From the NCBI GenBank assembly GCA_964106645.2, contig OZ067040.1: a stretch of 64,000 bases of DNA. One strand, given 5' to 3'. Each line of letters begins with the position of its first letter. The stretch's first letter is position 1. The notes below the pieces were generated by a model. It was not told where the DNA came from. It saw only the letters and a list, made by a program, of their open reading frames with translations, and made no database searches. Origin of the DNA: Podarcis pityusensis. Taxonomy: Eukaryota. Shown here piece after piece: positions 62,196 through 64,000 of this stretch. The translations under genes and the position numbers were made by a program.

Positions 62196-63706
62196 TAACT
62201 CACAGGCTTGTTGCGAGGGGAACAAATGGGAAATTGGGGAGCCATGTACACCACCTCAATCTCTTTGAATAACAACAAAAACCAATTTATGTGTTTATAC
62301 AGGCAGCACCAGCCCACCCCCAAAAATCCATATTCCCCTCCCATGGGTTGAAAAGCAACTAATAAACCCTTCCTGCATATTGCTGCTACAATCAGTTACC
62401 CACTGGTCCATCCCATTGGCCTAGAGAAAACACACACATACCAAGAGATTGGATAGCAACACAATGAACATTTTTCTCAATTCCACTATCCCCTGCTCTA
62501 CTGTAAAAACAACAGCAACAAAACCTTTGGACAACTTGATATATATGAAAGAGTAGCATCTGTTACTGTATAATCTGTAATACAGCATAGGCCAAAAAAA
62601 GAGATGAATAGAGACTAGAAATAAAAAGCTCACAAAACCAGGAAAGAAGACAACTTCCCACCTTCCATGCTTTGATTGCTACACTCCAAGTTAGGACAGC
62701 TTTGCCAACAACTATCCATATTAATCTCTGAGCTATAAAACCCATTGACTAGTAAAGGAAAGATTAGTGCATAAGCATCAGATCAATCGTTAACCTTTTG
62801 TTTGCAACGACAGGATCATGGAAGGGAGTCTGCATTTAACAATTATGATGAAATGCTTTTTCCAAAACAGGAAATGAATGGTTCTCGTCTTTTTCATGGC
62901 TCTTCTTGAGAGGCTTTTCACATACAGTATTTCCAATAAAATCTTTTCAACAAAACCACAAACGCACACCCTTTCAGGAATGGACAGCTATGAATCTCCC
63001 AGACAAATATCGATCTCCTTTGGTAGGACTTTGATTCTCTGTTCATCTTTTATGCTAGTTTGAGCCCAGGTGCCTTAGAAAATATATTGGGATTTATTTT
63101 TCATGGGTTGGGAAACCTCAAGTCCTTTCCCCCATTTCTTTCTGAATATATGATGGGAGTTGTACAGGCATTTGAAAAGACATGGATGGCAGAGGTGGGA
63201 ACATCATGCTGGATGGGCAAGGAGAAACTACGTTCACTGCCCTCCATGCAGGCAGCCAGTGGCTGTTGCTTCTCAGTGTCTTGTCTAGGTCCAGTATCAA
63301 ATATTATTTTCATTCCATTATAGGAGCTTAGGACTAGTTGAGCATGAAAGACATACTACATTTTCAAGAGTTTTTCAGGATGTTGTTAACACAGCTTGGG
63401 CACTGCATTATTAAGGGATTTCCTTCTACTATGTACAAGTTCCCATTAAGATCAGCTAAGTCAGGCCAGTTCCAAATTCTGGCACTGTTAGATCCTTAGG
63501 GTCTTGAGATTGGACATCTTTAGCATGGAGTTCTCTAGGCAAGGATGCTCCCTCAGCTTCCAATAGCAGCTTATAACTTTTTCTTTATTTTTTTGAAACC
63601 TCTTGTCCAAAATTGAGGGATGCATTTTAAATTACCCCTATTTGTTCTTACACCCACCCACCCACATTCAAAAGGCATGTTTTTACATTTTAGCATTTTA
63701 AAAGTG

Positions 63707-63836
63707 NNNNNNNNNNNNNNNNNNNNNNNNNNNNNNNNNNNNNNNNNNNNNNNNNNNNNNNNNNNNNNNNNNNNNNNNNNNNNNNNNNNNNNNNNNNNNN
63801 NNNNNNNNNNNNNNNNNNNNNNNNNNNNNNNNNNNN
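63707..63836. other. Assembly gap (130 N)
   Basis: Run of N. Confidence 1.
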
Positions 63837-64000
63837 CCATTGCTTCACTTCATTTCAGTTATGTAGTTTTGGCTGTTTGCAAAAGATGTGACCTTTATGG
63901 TTGGTCCTTTCGATTTTTTTACATTTCTACATATTTAGACAAAGATACATTCCTACTTCGGAATACAATGAAAATGAAAATAGGGCAACAGAACAGCAGG

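Noticed and set aside
63571-63840. 89-aa ORF with X run
   Set aside because: Artefact of the N gap.
38000-64000. Distal alternative first coding exon (mammalian MMNPRAKR-type)
   Set aside because: No matching sequence recognised; it may lie outside the window or be absent.

Overview
Vertebrate (squamate, most likely lacertid lizard, inferred from Sauria SINE, Squam-type SINE and Bov-B content) genomic DNA. The window holds the 5' part of KCNK2 (TREK-1 two-pore-domain K+ channel) on the minus strand: a CpG-island promoter and exon 1 (donor at 36799/36798), coding exon 2 (33868-33558, 311 nt) and coding exon 3 (14302-14191, 112 nt, too short for the ORF track). Exon 4 onward lies beyond position 1. 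The rest is intron or upstream DNA dense in transposable elements: a young 3.3-kb Tigger/pogo element with an internal higher-order tandem array, a full-length decayed mariner, two solo LTRs, L1/L2/CR1/RTE/Bov-B fragments, SINEs and many hAT/Tc1/Harbinger-type MITEs, plus a 130-N assembly gap. Almost all other ORFs in the track are spurious. I found no CRISPR array, rRNA or bona fide tRNA, and no new multi-gene system I can support. The best leads are: (i) the Tigger whose repeat array appears to sit inside a spliceosomal 5'-UTR intron; (ii) the KCNK2 start codon created only by splicing (A|TG), with an abutting uORF; (iii) apparent absence of the donor used by the long mammalian isoform; (iv) a 2-residue deletion next to the pH-sensor His; (v) a sense-oriented solo LTR with a perfect downstream splice donor that could act as an alternative KCNK2 first exon. 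Family names and comparisons with human/mouse come from recall, not database searches.
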